Notes: generated by a model from the letters alone, not told the origin. Shown: positions 17,696 through 25,303, counted from the stretch's first letter. The stretch is 54,989 bases of DNA from a virus (IMGVR_UViG_3300049989_000072:1-54989); one strand, 5' to 3'. Made by a program: numbers and translations.

Positions 17696-18763
17696 ATGGA
17701 CTTCCGAATCGGATCGACGAACCTCGACCCCGAGCACCCGATCGAGGATTTCGAGAGTATGGTGTGGACCGAAAGGTTCAACGCCTTTGGTGACTTCGAA
17801 CTCACCATGAAGAAGAGCAAGAAGAACCTGGCCCGTTACGCTCCAGGCGACTTCATCTTCAACGATGGCCCCACGGTCATGATGCTCGAGACCAGGGACA
17901 CGACTGAGCCCAATCTCATCAAGTACACGGGCAGATCTCTCGAAGCATTCCTCAAGTTCCGAGGAAACCTCAGCCCTGGCTCTCAGGGCGAGCGCCTGAC
18001 GGGAACGTACAAGCAGCTTATGCGATATTTCGTCAATCGCTACTGCATCGATGCGACTACCGCTGGTGTCAACAAGCTCCCTAACCTGTATCTCCCCACG
18101 GAAGACACGTCGGGCACGATCAATCAAGACATTGAGGTCCGTCGAGGCACGATTTACGACATTGTGAAGTCTTTGGCTGATGCAGGAGGTCTCGGCTTTG
18201 CGATTGAGCGTCGTGCGCAGTCCAACGGTGCATATTTGCTCGCCTTCACCACAAAGAGCGGCGCAAACACGAGCTACAACCCCGACGACTCCTTCTACAC
18301 GGAGGCGTCAGAAGCCAACGGCAAGCTTCTCAACGTCAAGGAGCTCGAGTCGAGTGCGAACTACAAGAACCACGCGTATATTGTAGGCGCCAAGGAAGTG
18401 CACAACTACTATCCGCCTGGGATTCCTTCGACGATCTCGGGATGGGCTAAGCGTACGCTTCTGGTCAACGCTACGGACATCGACACCGGAACTCCGTCGC
18501 TGGATTGGTCTCTTCTTCGCCTTCGAGGGATCGAGGCACTGGCTGAGTACAACAATCGGTATATTCGGATGGTCGATGCCGAAGTTCCGCCCCCCACGCT
18601 CGGTAATCTTCGCACGTCGACTGGTTATATCGTTGGTCAGACCGTTCTCATTCGTAAGCGGGACGGTGGACGGACGCCAATGCTCGTGACCGAGGTCGTG
18701 CACTCTCAGGATTCCGAGGGATACCGCAGCACCCCGACATTTGTCGACCCCAGCAACTTGTAA
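17696..18763 (+). CDS. minor tail protein, siphovirus Gp37-like
   Basis: 355 aa. N-terminus 'MDFRIGSTNLDP..EDFESMVWTERFNAFGDFELTM' resembles the ReqiPepy6 Gp37-like family as I recall it. It follows the Dit-like gene. Confidence 0.45.
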   Translation: MDFRIGSTNLDPEHPIEDFESMVWTERFNAFGDFELTMKKSKKNLARYAPGDFIFNDGPTVMMLETRDTTEPNLIKYTGRSLEAFLKFRGNLSPGSQGERLTGTYKQLMRYFVNRYCIDATTAGVNKLPNLYLPTEDTSGTINQDIEVRRGTIYDIVKSLADAGGLGFAIERRAQSNGAYLLAFTTKSGANTSYNPDDSFYTEASEANGKLLNVKELESSANYKNHAYIVGAKEVHNYYPPGIPSTISGWAKRTLLVNATDIDTGTPSLDWSLLRLRGIEALAEYNNRYIRMVDAEVPPPTLGNLRTSTGYIVGQTVLIRKRDGGRTPMLVTEVVHSQDSEGYRSTPTFVDPSNL

Positions 18764-18775
18764 GAAGGAGAAAAC

Positions 18776-19183
18776 ATGGATGTAACCAAGGGCACCAGCC
18801 TGATCACCACGCAGAGCACCTACGACACCTGGAAGGACATCATCACGATCGTCTTCCCCGGTGCAGGAGCGCTGTACGCCGGACTCGCGCTCATCTGGGG
18901 CTTCCCGTTTGCCGAGGAGGTCGTCGGAACCATCGCTCTGATCGTCACCTTCGGCAGCATCCTGCTCAAGGTGGCGTCCAAGCAGTACGAGAACGCCCAG
19001 CCGGCACCTCCTCTCGAGGGTGGAATGGTGGTCGTCAACACGACGAGCATTTCCGCAGACCCTGTCTCCGCAAGCTTCACGGTCGACCCCCTCACCCTTC
19101 CCACTGGCACGGACCTTCTGATGACGGTTCGCAACGACAGCAACCCCGACGAGCTTCCCGATAACGCGCCCTCGCAGGACTAA
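18776..19183 (+). CDS. holin, Dp-1 family-like, with a C-terminal extension
   Basis: 'YDTWKDIITIVFPGAGALYAGLALIWGFPFAEEVVGTIALIVTFGSILLKVASKQY' parallels the Dp-1 holin signature (YD.LK......P....LY..L..IWglP....i.gT......FLG). AAGGAGAAAAC lies upstream. Confidence 0.6.
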   Translation: MDVTKGTSLITTQSTYDTWKDIITIVFPGAGALYAGLALIWGFPFAEEVVGTIALIVTFGSILLKVASKQYENAQPAPPLEGGMVVVNTTSISADPVSASFTVDPLTLPTGTDLLMTVRNDSNPDELPDNAPSQD

Positions 19184-19205
19184 CACGTCCTATAGTGAGA
19201 CCCCC
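19170..19205 (+). promoter_or_regulatory. promoter-like motif P1 (CCTCGCAGGACTAACACGTCCTATAGTGAGACCCCC)
   Basis: One of nine copies in identical register (21 nt from the first C to TATAGT). It overlaps the holin 3' end, 20 nt upstream of GTG 19225. Confidence 0.55.
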
Positions 19206-19220
19206 TCTTTGAAAGGAGAA
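19205..19220 (+). promoter_or_regulatory. conserved initiation motif copy (CTCTTTGAAAGGAGAA)
   Basis: Variant of TCTCTTGAAAGGAGAAC, 4 nt before GTG 19225. Confidence 0.6.
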
Positions 19221-19224
19221 GCGC

Positions 19225-19509
19225 GTGTTCGGTAAGACCAGCACCAAGCCCAACTTCAACAAGGAGATCACCTCCGTCCTCGAGCAACTCGACGGCATGA
19301 GCGTGACGACCCCGGAGTACGCAGAGACCCTAACGATCCTCGAGCGCCTCGCCAAAGTCCAGACCCAGCACAAGGGAAAGACCCAGGTGAGCGCCGACGC
19401 GATCGTGACGGCCGCTGCATCCCTCGGTGGCATCGCACTCATCCTCGGCTTCGAGAGGGCCCACGTGATCACCACGAAGGCGTTGGGCTTTGTAGCAAAG
19501 CTCAAGTAA
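19225..19509 (+). CDS. small protein with a C-terminal TM helix
   Basis: GTG follows TTTGAAAGGAGAAGCGC. The gene is preceded by promoter-like motif copy P1 and followed by a 20-bp-stem terminator. Confidence 0.55.
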   Translation: MFGKTSTKPNFNKEITSVLEQLDGMSVTTPEYAETLTILERLAKVQTQHKGKTQVSADAIVTAAASLGGIALILGFERAHVITTKALGFVAKLK

Positions 19510-19537
19510 CACCCGCCCATCACCAGATAGGCATCAC

Positions 19538-19589
19538 AAACAGAGAACGCGTGTAGAACGTAACAATCATCTACACGCGTTCTCTGTTT
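19538..19589 (+). terminator. intrinsic terminator after the late operon
   Basis: Perfect 20-bp stem AAACAGAGAACGCGTGTAGA / TCTACACGCGTTCTCTGTTT with a 12-nt loop and a T-rich tail. Confidence 0.8.
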
Positions 19590-19595
19590 CTGTCT

Positions 19596-19619
19596 TATAA
19601 ATTTTCTCCGATCAAAATG
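19596..19619 (+). promoter_or_regulatory. module-boundary motif copy A (TATAAATTTTCTCCGATCAAAATG)
   Basis: Shares TATAAA..TTCTCCGATCA.A.AAT with 51277-51301. It lies just after the late-operon terminator. Confidence 0.35.
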
Positions 19620-19623
19620 TGAG

Positions 19624-19658
19624 TCTCGCAGGATCTACAGGCCATATAATGAGACCCC
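19624..19658 (+). promoter_or_regulatory. promoter-like motif P2 (TCTCGCAGGATCTACAGGCCATATAATGAGACCCC)
   Basis: Same register; the hexamer here is TATAAT. It follows the strong terminator at 19538-19589 and precedes ATG 19685. Confidence 0.55.
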
Positions 19659-19684
19659 TACCCACTTCACACAAGGAGATACCC

Positions 19685-19945
19685 ATGTTCGACAAGATCG
19701 CAACCGGCATCGTCCTCACGTCAGTCGTGAGCCTCGGAGTCATCGCAACGATCAACATCGAGAAGCTCTACCGCACTCGAGTCAAGCTCATCAACACCGA
19801 GCTGAAGCTCAAGGCGGCAGAGGAACTCTCGAAGAAGCTCGTCCACGCGATGCCCTCCGACCAGCTCGTCGACTTCGCCGCTGAGAACATGTCGCCGGAA
19901 GCATTCGAGGCATGGGGCACCGCCGTGCTCGCAAGCAGGCAGTAG
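19685..19945 (+). CDS. small membrane protein (MFDKI family)
   Basis: AAGGAGATACCC precedes the ATG, with an N-terminal TM helix. The first 19 nt (ACCCATGTTCGACAAGATC) are identical to the start region of the 20295 gene. P2 lies upstream and a hairpin downstream. Confidence 0.6.
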   Translation: MFDKIATGIVLTSVVSLGVIATINIEKLYRTRVKLINTELKLKAAEELSKKLVHAMPSDQLVDFAAENMSPEAFEAWGTAVLASRQ

Positions 19946-19955
19946 CCCTCAAGGG

Positions 19956-19975
19956 TGTAACCAGCAATGGTTACA
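19956..19975 (+). terminator. weak hairpin terminator
   Basis: TGTAACC-AGCAAT-GGTTACA followed by TTCTTTCTCC and preceded by CCCTCAAG. Confidence 0.35.
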
Positions 19976-19983
19976 TTCTTTCT

Positions 19984-20019
19984 CCTCGCAAGATTTACAG
20001 GGCCTATAGTGAGACCCCC
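19984..20019 (+). promoter_or_regulatory. promoter-like motif P3 (CCTCGCAAGATTTACAGGGCCTATAGTGAGACCCCC)
   Basis: Near-consensus copy that precedes ATG 20039. Confidence 0.55.
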
Positions 20020-20038
20020 TAATTCTAAGGAGAACATC

Positions 20039-20224
20039 ATGGAGACCCAGACCCCCCTCGCAGTCCTGTCCAAGATCGACTTCGCCAAGGTCGTCGGCCA
20101 GCAGGCCACCATCGCATTCGCCGTCACGGCGGGTTCGCTGGCTGGTATCACGGTCGTCGGCGCAGGCATCGTCCTCATCGACAGCATCATCGAGAAGCGT
20201 AAGGCTTCCAAGAACGACAACTGA
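20039..20224 (+). CDS. small membrane protein
   Basis: 61 aa. TAAGGAGAACATC precedes the ATG. There is a TM segment ATIAFAVTAGSLAGITVVGAGIVLI, and P3 lies upstream. Confidence 0.55.
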   Translation: METQTPLAVLSKIDFAKVVGQQATIAFAVTAGSLAGITVVGAGIVLIDSIIEKRKASKNDN

Positions 20225-20294
20225 GAACCACCCCTCAAGGAGAGAGTACCCTAACCGGTGCTCCCTTCTTTTTCGTTTCGAGAAAGGCAGACCC

Positions 20295-20522
20295 ATGTTC
20301 GACAAGATCCCGGCCGCAACCACCGCAGCCATCGAGAAGACCACGCCCATCATCCTCTCGGCATCGCAGCTGGCGGACAGCATCGAGGAGTTCGTCTCCT
20401 ACCGTCAGCTCGCATACCAGAAGGGCTACAACAAGGGTCTCTTCGTCGGTGTCGTCGCGACCATCGTCATCGCCACGGCCATCAACCACTACGACAAGAA
20501 GCAGGGTACGTGGAAGTCGTAG
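20295..20522 (+). CDS. small membrane protein (MFDKI family)
   Basis: 75 aa with a C-terminal TM helix GLFVGVVATIVIATAI. It shares its start region with the 19685 gene. Confidence 0.55.
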   Translation: MFDKIPAATTAAIEKTTPIILSASQLADSIEEFVSYRQLAYQKGYNKGLFVGVVATIVIATAINHYDKKQGTWKS

Positions 20523-20659
20523 ACTACGTCCTCTTCGCTCTCATCGTGATCGGTGGACCTCTCGGTCTTCTCATATTTGCAGCCGTCTCCGCTGTTCGTA
20601 GCTACAACCGCGAAGACGATGCTCGCAAGAATGACACCGGCTATAGTGAGAAGATCTAG
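20510..20659 (+). CDS. possible 49-aa membrane peptide
   Basis: GTG overlaps the upstream gene end. TM segment is YVLFALIVIGGPLGLLIFAAV. The 3' end contains promoter-like motif P4. There is no clear SD. Confidence 0.3.
   Translation: MEVVDYVLFALIVIGGPLGLLIFAAVSAVRSYNREDDARKNDTGYSEKI
20621..20653 (+). promoter_or_regulatory. promoter-like motif P4 (GCTCGCAAGAATGACACCGGCTATAGTGAGAAG)
   Basis: Same register, upstream of the 20739 gene. Confidence 0.5.
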
Positions 20660-20710
20660 AGTACCCCACTCCGCCGAAACCTCGGCTTGATCAAGCATGC
20701 GACTTCTCAT

Positions 20711-20735
20711 CATATTTTTCTCTTGAAAGGAGAAC
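20711..20735 (+). promoter_or_regulatory. conserved initiation motif copy (CATATTTTTCTCTTGAAAGGAGAAC)
   Basis: 3 nt before ATG 20739. Confidence 0.65.
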
Positions 20736-20738
20736 CTC

Positions 20739-20909
20739 ATGATGAAAACCGGAAGGTTTCGAAGAGTCTACGTCGTGAAGTTTCCTGACGGTCGTCAAGA
20801 GACATACGACGAGTACGGAAGCCTCTACGAGCTTGGAAAAGCTCTCCGATCCGAAGGGATCGATACCGATACCCTGACTCTCATCTCCGGCGAGCCCTAC
20901 AAGCTCTAA
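20739..20909 (+). CDS. hypothetical protein (56 aa)
   Basis: A canonical CATATTTTTCTCTTGAAAGGAGAAC motif lies 3 nt upstream of the ATG. The ORF is too short for the supplied track. Confidence 0.5.
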   Translation: MMKTGRFRRVYVVKFPDGRQETYDEYGSLYELGKALRSEGIDTDTLTLISGEPYKL

Positions 20910-20912
20910 CGT

Positions 20913-20930
20913 TTCTCTTGAAAGGAGAAC
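20913..20930 (+). promoter_or_regulatory. conserved initiation motif copy (TTCTCTTGAAAGGAGAAC)
   Basis: 2 nt before ATG 20933. Confidence 0.65.
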
Positions 20931-20932
20931 TA

Positions 20933-21142
20933 ATGCCTCTTCCCTCCTCGACGCTCGACTACACCATCGGCTCGATGCCGTTCTGGTTCGGGCTTCCCCT
21001 CTTCTTCATCCTCCTGCTCATCCTCGCGATGCAGTGGCGACGCGCCGTCGTCGTTCGCAGACGCGCAGAGGTCAAGCTCCCCACCGGCAACATGTCGGCT
21101 GCCGGAACACCCAAGCCCCGCTCTAAGGAGTACCGCAAGTGA
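20933..21142 (+). CDS. small membrane protein
   Basis: TTCTCTTGAAAGGAGAAC lies 2 nt upstream. TM segment is MPFWFGLPLFFILLLILAM. Confidence 0.55.
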   Translation: MPLPSSTLDYTIGSMPFWFGLPLFFILLLILAMQWRRAVVVRRRAEVKLPTGNMSAAGTPKPRSKEYRK

Positions 21143-21975
21143 AGGACCAGATCATCACGATCGCCCGGTCTGCATTCAAGCAGATCTCGGACAACTCGCC
21201 CACCATCCTGACCGCCCTCGGCGCAACGGGTGTCGTGGGTACAGCTGTCCTCGCCGCTCGGGGTCACCGCGACGCTCGAGCAGCAATCATGCGTCAGAAG
21301 CATGTCCTCACGGGCATGGATGACGGCGAGTGGACCTACCAGGAGGTGCTCCAGGCCCTCGAGCAGATCGAGATCCCGCCGGCGGATGTCTTCAAGCTCA
21401 CCTGGTCGCACTACCTGCCGGCCGCCGTCACGGGCGCGGCATCGATCGCGTGCATCATCGGCGCCAACTCGATCCACACGAGGCGTCAGGCCATCCTGAT
21501 GAGCGCCTACACCCTCTCCGAGCGTGCTCTCAACGAGTACCAGGCGAAGGTCCAGGAGGTCATCGGCGAGAAGAAGGCTGAGGCGATCAAGGATGAGGTC
21601 GCCAAGGATCGTGTGCTCGCCACGCCGTCAGACGCCTACGTCCCGCCGTACCAGGGCAAGGGTCAGCTGTGCCAGGACTCGCAGTCCGGTCGATATTTCT
21701 GGGCAACCCCGGAGCAGATCGACCGAGCTGAGAACGAGGTCAACCAGATGATCCTCAACGACGGTCATGCCTCGCTCAACGACTTCTACCGGCGCATCCC
21801 GGACGAGGAACTGGGGCCGATCGCTGCAGGCGAGGAGCTCGGGTGGACCAACGGTACCCTCATCGGTCTCCGCAAGACCGCGGTGCTGACGCCCGAGGAC
21901 AAGACCGTACTCTTCATCGAGTACACGACCGATCCCATCCGCAACTACTGGCGCGCGCACCCCTACGAGCGCTGA
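21139..21975 (+). CDS. membrane-anchored protein, paralog of 27140..28018 (DUF6353-like, name from memory)
   Basis: GTG follows AAGGAG. It shares with the 27140 protein two N-terminal hydrophobic helices, 'Y.P......ASIACIIGA' and a coiled region followed by a globular C-terminus. Confidence 0.45.
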   Translation: MKDQIITIARSAFKQISDNSPTILTALGATGVVGTAVLAARGHRDARAAIMRQKHVLTGMDDGEWTYQEVLQALEQIEIPPADVFKLTWSHYLPAAVTGAASIACIIGANSIHTRRQAILMSAYTLSERALNEYQAKVQEVIGEKKAEAIKDEVAKDRVLATPSDAYVPPYQGKGQLCQDSQSGRYFWATPEQIDRAENEVNQMILNDGHASLNDFYRRIPDEELGPIAAGEELGWTNGTLIGLRKTAVLTPEDKTVLFIEYTTDPIRNYWRAHPYER

Positions 21976-22023
21976 CCAACGTTCGGGGACGGTGCATATT
22001 TTGGCCGTCCCCGACACCCAATC

Positions 22024-22040
22024 GCTCTTGAAAGGAGCAC
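22024..22040 (+). promoter_or_regulatory. conserved initiation motif copy (GCTCTTGAAAGGAGCAC)
   Basis: 3 nt before ATG 22044. Confidence 0.6.
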
Positions 22041-22043
22041 ATC

Positions 22044-22700
22044 ATGGATTCCAAGACCTTCGACGACGTCATCGAGCACGTCGACAACATCTCGCGTGAC
22101 ACCCTCATGAAGAAGAACGGTGCCTACAACCCGAGCGAGGACAAGCTGGCCGGATTCAAGACCGCCGCAAACCTCCAGGGTATCACCCCTCGTGAGGCGT
22201 GCGTCGGTATGATGGCCAAGCACATCGTCTCCGTCTTCGACATGGTCGGAGCAGAAGGACCGTTCGACGAGGAAGTCTGGGACGAGAAGATCGGCGACTC
22301 GATCAACTACATGTACCTCCTTCGTGCGCTCATCGTGGAGGAGACCATGGATCGACTCGAGCGCGAGGACAAGATGATCGAGGATGCGCAGACCATGTCC
22401 AGCGAGCGTGTCAACGCCGAGGCTCGCAAGAACACGATGGAGTACTACATCGACCGTCCGAACGAGCCGATCCCGGAGGGGTATTCGACCGAGGTTCGGG
22501 AGGAGATCCAGCAGAAGCGCAAGGAAGCCGAGATCGAGCGCTTCCAGAAGGATCCCTACAAGCCCACGGCAGCCGAGCAGACCCTCATCGGCAAGCTCGT
22601 GAACAATCCCGACGCCTCCATCCCCGAGGACAAGCCGCAGGGGTTCAAGGACGCGGTCGAGTTCGGTCGAAGGCTGGCCAAGGGAGCTCACGCCCAGTAG
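22044..22700 (+). CDS. DUF1599 / MazG-like nucleotide-pyrophosphohydrolase-related N-terminal domain protein (tentative)
   Basis: 'LMKKNGAYN..DKLAGFKTAANLQGITPREACVGMMAKHIVSVFDMV......DEKIGDSINYMYLLRALIVEE' fits the DUF1599-type helical pattern (K..dY....F....g.....KH.........D..nY..L). Confidence 0.35.
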   Translation: MDSKTFDDVIEHVDNISRDTLMKKNGAYNPSEDKLAGFKTAANLQGITPREACVGMMAKHIVSVFDMVGAEGPFDEEVWDEKIGDSINYMYLLRALIVEETMDRLEREDKMIEDAQTMSSERVNAEARKNTMEYYIDRPNEPIPEGYSTEVREEIQQKRKEAEIERFQKDPYKPTAAEQTLIGKLVNNPDASIPEDKPQGFKDAVEFGRRLAKGAHAQ

Positions 22701-22702
22701 AT

Positions 22703-22737
22703 CCTCGCAGGATTTACACGCCCTATAGTGAGACCCC
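22703..22737 (+). promoter_or_regulatory. promoter-like motif P5 (CCTCGCAGGATTTACACGCCCTATAGTGAGACCCC)
   Basis: Starts 3 nt after the stop of the 22044 gene and precedes ATG 22768. Confidence 0.55.
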
Positions 22738-22767
22738 TCATTCACCCTCAACCCAAGGAGTAATCCC

Positions 22768-22986
22768 ATGGACGCAGAGAAGAAGAACTTCCTCGAGACC
22801 CTCAAGGCCAACAAGGAGACCATCATCCGTCGCACCCTGCTCGTCGCAGGCGTCGTCGGTGGCATCGCAATCGCCACCGTCATCGCCTCCGCAGCAGCCA
22901 AGCAGTCGGATGAGGCCGCCCTGGAGGCCCTGGAGGACTCGGAGCTCGTCTTCCTCGAGCCCATCGACACCCCCGTCGAGAGCTGA
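22768..22986 (+). CDS. small membrane protein
   Basis: P5 lies upstream and AAGGAGTAATCCC precedes the ATG. TM segment is LLVAGVVGGIAIATVIASAAA. A perfect 12-bp hairpin follows. Confidence 0.6.
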   Translation: MDAEKKNFLETLKANKETIIRRTLLVAGVVGGIAIATVIASAAAKQSDEAALEALEDSELVFLEPIDTPVES

Positions 22987-22997
22987 GACCCTCACCC

Positions 22998-23035
22998 GAA
23001 GGGAGCGTATAGTAGCAATACCGTACGCTCCCTTC
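22998..23035 (+). terminator. intrinsic terminator
   Basis: Perfect 12-bp stem GAAGGGAGCGTA / TACGCTCCCTTC followed by TTCTCTCTTTG. Confidence 0.7.
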
Positions 23036-23076
23036 TTCTCTCTTTGTCTGCATATTTGGAAAGGATGAGTTTTCAA

Positions 23077-23385
23077 ATGGTCATTCCTGTCGGCTTCAAC
23101 GACGATCACCTCCCTGCGCCACCCCGCGTGCCAGGAACAGATCTTAGCGACATGGATCGCAGACTCATGGAGGTCTGGGGGCGGTACTACGCACGCTCCG
23201 GCGGTCGTGACAACCACGCACTGGCTTCTGCTGCCACATATCTGAATCTCGCAATCACGGATCTGGAGATCCAGCGGGTGAAGAAGTGGTGGTCCAACGG
23301 CGTCCTCGACTACGCCCAGGATCAAGACACGGTAGACAAGTTCGTGGACGATCTCGAGATCTTCGCAAACATCCTTCTGGGCTAG
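23077..23385 (+). CDS. hypothetical protein
   Basis: Frame of track ORF 23044. ATG 23077 lies 8-12 nt after GGAAAGGATGAG, and ATG 23065 is an alternative start. Confidence 0.45.
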   Translation: MVIPVGFNDDHLPAPPRVPGTDLSDMDRRLMEVWGRYYARSGGRDNHALASAATYLNLAITDLEIQRVKKWWSNGVLDYAQDQDTVDKFVDDLEIFANILLG

Positions 23386-23389
23386 AGCC

Positions 23390-23411
23390 CATATTCTCTT
23401 GAAAGGAGAAC
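23390..23411 (+). promoter_or_regulatory. conserved initiation motif copy (CATATTCTCTTGAAAGGAGAAC)
   Basis: 8 nt before ATG 23420. Confidence 0.65.
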
Positions 23412-23419
23412 CACGTCTG

Positions 23420-23572
23420 ATGGCGGGTAAAGCAATCGGTTTCGTCAACCCTCAGGGTCGCTACGAGGTGTCATATTTCTTCACGGAGATCGACAACGAG
23501 GAGCGAGCCATCCTTCAAACGGGCCTCAACGAGCGTGCCCAGGAGCACTTCAAGGCGATGGAGGCAGCCTGA
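23420..23572 (+). CDS. hypothetical protein (50 aa)
   Basis: CATATTCTCTTGAAAGGAGAAC motif lies 8 nt upstream. The stop overlaps the next start (TGATG). Confidence 0.5.
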   Translation: MAGKAIGFVNPQGRYEVSYFFTEIDNEERAILQTGLNERAQEHFKAMEAA

Positions 23573-24120
23573 TGGGCAAGCGAGGACGACCCGTCACGTT
23601 GGATCAACTTGCAAAGCAAGGGATTCGACCAAACTTCCTTCGCCCGGAAGATCGCCTTCCCGAGGAGATGATTCCAGGTCCGAAACTGCCGGGCAGTGCA
23701 ACGACCTTCGATCCGCCCCTCACGTTCGACACATCAACCCTCGACCATCCCTTCTACAAGGAGAAGACCATGCTGCCCGACACCACCATGGGCCCGATGG
23801 GCCTTACCTCCTCGCACGACAGCGAGAGCGACCCCGACCAGTACCTGACCAAAGCGAAGGACATCGTCAGGAACTTCGTCGACTCGTACCTCCAGAACAA
23901 CCCCGAGCACCGCATGGAGATGCCCCACTACGAGGTCTACATCGTGTGGTTCTCCAAGGTGCTCAAGAACTGGAAGGCCGTCCTCTCGACGAGCCTCCCT
24001 GACGGACGCATCTACGAGGTCACCTACAACGGCGAGAAGGCTGAGGCCTACCTCGACTCGTACATGAAGACCCAGAACGCCGTGTTCGCCGATGACCTCG
24101 GCCGCGGCCTTCCCCGCTAA
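23572..24120 (+). CDS. hypothetical protein
   Basis: 182-aa ORF translationally coupled to the previous one. C-terminal 'IVWFSKVLKNWKAVLSTSLPDGRIYEVTYNG' resembles a conserved phage domain of unknown function. Confidence 0.5.
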   Translation: MGKRGRPVTLDQLAKQGIRPNFLRPEDRLPEEMIPGPKLPGSATTFDPPLTFDTSTLDHPFYKEKTMLPDTTMGPMGLTSSHDSESDPDQYLTKAKDIVRNFVDSYLQNNPEHRMEMPHYEVYIVWFSKVLKNWKAVLSTSLPDGRIYEVTYNGEKAEAYLDSYMKTQNAVFADDLGRGLPR

Positions 24121-24153
24121 CCACAACCACAACCCAGAAAGTAGGCATATTTC

Positions 24154-24882
24154 ATGCTGACCCTTCCCCTGACCTACCCCAACCCGTTCACGAACGAGGA
24201 CGAGACGAAGAACTTCTACTTCAACCTCACCCTCGCCGAGCTCAACGAGCTCAACGCGGACATGTCGGGCAACAACCTCATCCAGCGCGTCAAGGCGATG
24301 GGCGAGCGCGACCCCGAGATGTCGGAGACGTTCCGCACCCTTCGCGACCTCGTGCACGTGTCCTACGGCCAGCGAGTCACCGGCCAGAACGGCGAGATCG
24401 AGTTCATCAAGACCGAGATCGGCAAGCAGGGCTTCCTCGCTTCGGAGGCATATTCTGCCTTCATGGAGCAGATGTCGAGCGACGCCGACTTCGCGAGCAA
24501 GTTCGTGAACGGCGTCATGCCCAAGCGACTCCTCGAGCAGATGGACACGCCCGACGGCAACGCCGATGGCCTCACGCCTCGTCAGCGCTCGGAGCAGCGC
24601 ATGCAGGGTCGTCGTGGTCCCGGTGGCAAGCAGCGTTCGCCCCTCGGTGGCAGCGTGAGCAAGGCTCAGCTCGAGTTCGAGGAGAAGCAGGCCGAGCGCA
24701 TCCAGGGTGCGCAGGTCGAGCTCCAGCGCGAGGACATCGTCGAGGAGTCGGACCGCGCTCGTCGCAAGCGTGAGCTGCAGGAGCAAATGGACGCACTCGA
24801 CAACACTCCTTCGGAGACGGAGGAGGAGAAGTCCGCTCGCGAGTACCAGGAGTTCCTCGCCTGGAAGGCCTCGCAGGCCTAA
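24154..24882 (+). CDS. hypothetical protein with a charged coiled-coil C-terminus
   Basis: 242-aa ORF with coding-like composition. The SD is weak. Confidence 0.5.
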   Translation: MLTLPLTYPNPFTNEDETKNFYFNLTLAELNELNADMSGNNLIQRVKAMGERDPEMSETFRTLRDLVHVSYGQRVTGQNGEIEFIKTEIGKQGFLASEAYSAFMEQMSSDADFASKFVNGVMPKRLLEQMDTPDGNADGLTPRQRSEQRMQGRRGPGGKQRSPLGGSVSKAQLEFEEKQAERIQGAQVELQREDIVEESDRARRKRELQEQMDALDNTPSETEEEKSAREYQEFLAWKASQA

Positions 24883-24969
24883 GTAAGCCCTTGTGAGGGT
24901 GTGGGGGTACATGCCGAGTCTGGTCTCAACTTACCGGCTGTACTGAAATGACCTGTAAGGCGCCCCCGC

Positions 24970-25004
24970 CCTCGCAAGAACTGCATGGCCTATAGTGAGA
25001 ACCC
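24970..25004 (+). promoter_or_regulatory. promoter-like motif P6 (CCTCGCAAGAACTGCATGGCCTATAGTGAGAACCC)
   Basis: Same register; precedes ATG 25034. Confidence 0.55.
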
Positions 25005-25033
25005 ATTTTTCATCCCTCACCAAGGAGAACCAC

Positions 25034-25303
25034 ATGAACAAGCTCGCCATCGTCAAGGGCGTGTCCCACGTCGTCGTGTCCGTCGGTGTCGGAGCGGTCC
25101 TCGGGAATGCCATCCAGGCGACCTCCCCCATCAACGCAAGCACCCTCAACACGGTGCTGACCGCGGTGGGCAAGTTCGCGCTGGGCGGCATCCTCGCGGA
25201 CGCTTCGACCAAGTACGTCAACACGATCATCGAGGACACCGCCAAGGCATTCAAGGCCGGCAACACCATCGTGATCGACCCCTCGACCACGGACGAGAAG
25301 TAA
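25034..25303 (+). CDS. small membrane protein
   Basis: P6 lies upstream and AAGGAGAACCAC precedes the ATG. Hydrophobic segments are VSHVVVSVGVGAVLG and FALGGILA. A hairpin follows. Confidence 0.6.
   Translation: MNKLAIVKGVSHVVVSVGVGAVLGNAIQATSPINASTLNTVLTAVGKFALGGILADASTKYVNTIIEDTAKAFKAGNTIVIDPSTTDEK

Noticed and set aside
19984-20019. The reverse complement of the nine-copy motif (GGGGTCTCACTATAGGCC) resembles the T7 promoter core (ACTCACTATAGG).
   Set aside because: In that orientation it would fire antisense to every gene. The conserved block would extend about 20 nt into the transcribed side instead of upstream. There is also no T7-like single-subunit RNAP gene. I treat it as coincidence, and the + orientation fits the gene layout.
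20229-20275. A terminator after the 20039 gene, by analogy with the hairpins at 25310 and 46311.
   Set aside because: Only a 6-bp bulged stem (AAGG-AG / CTCCCTT) can be drawn, although the shared loop string ACCCTAACCGG and a T-run are present. It is too weak to list as a feature, so it is mentioned only in the cassette finding.
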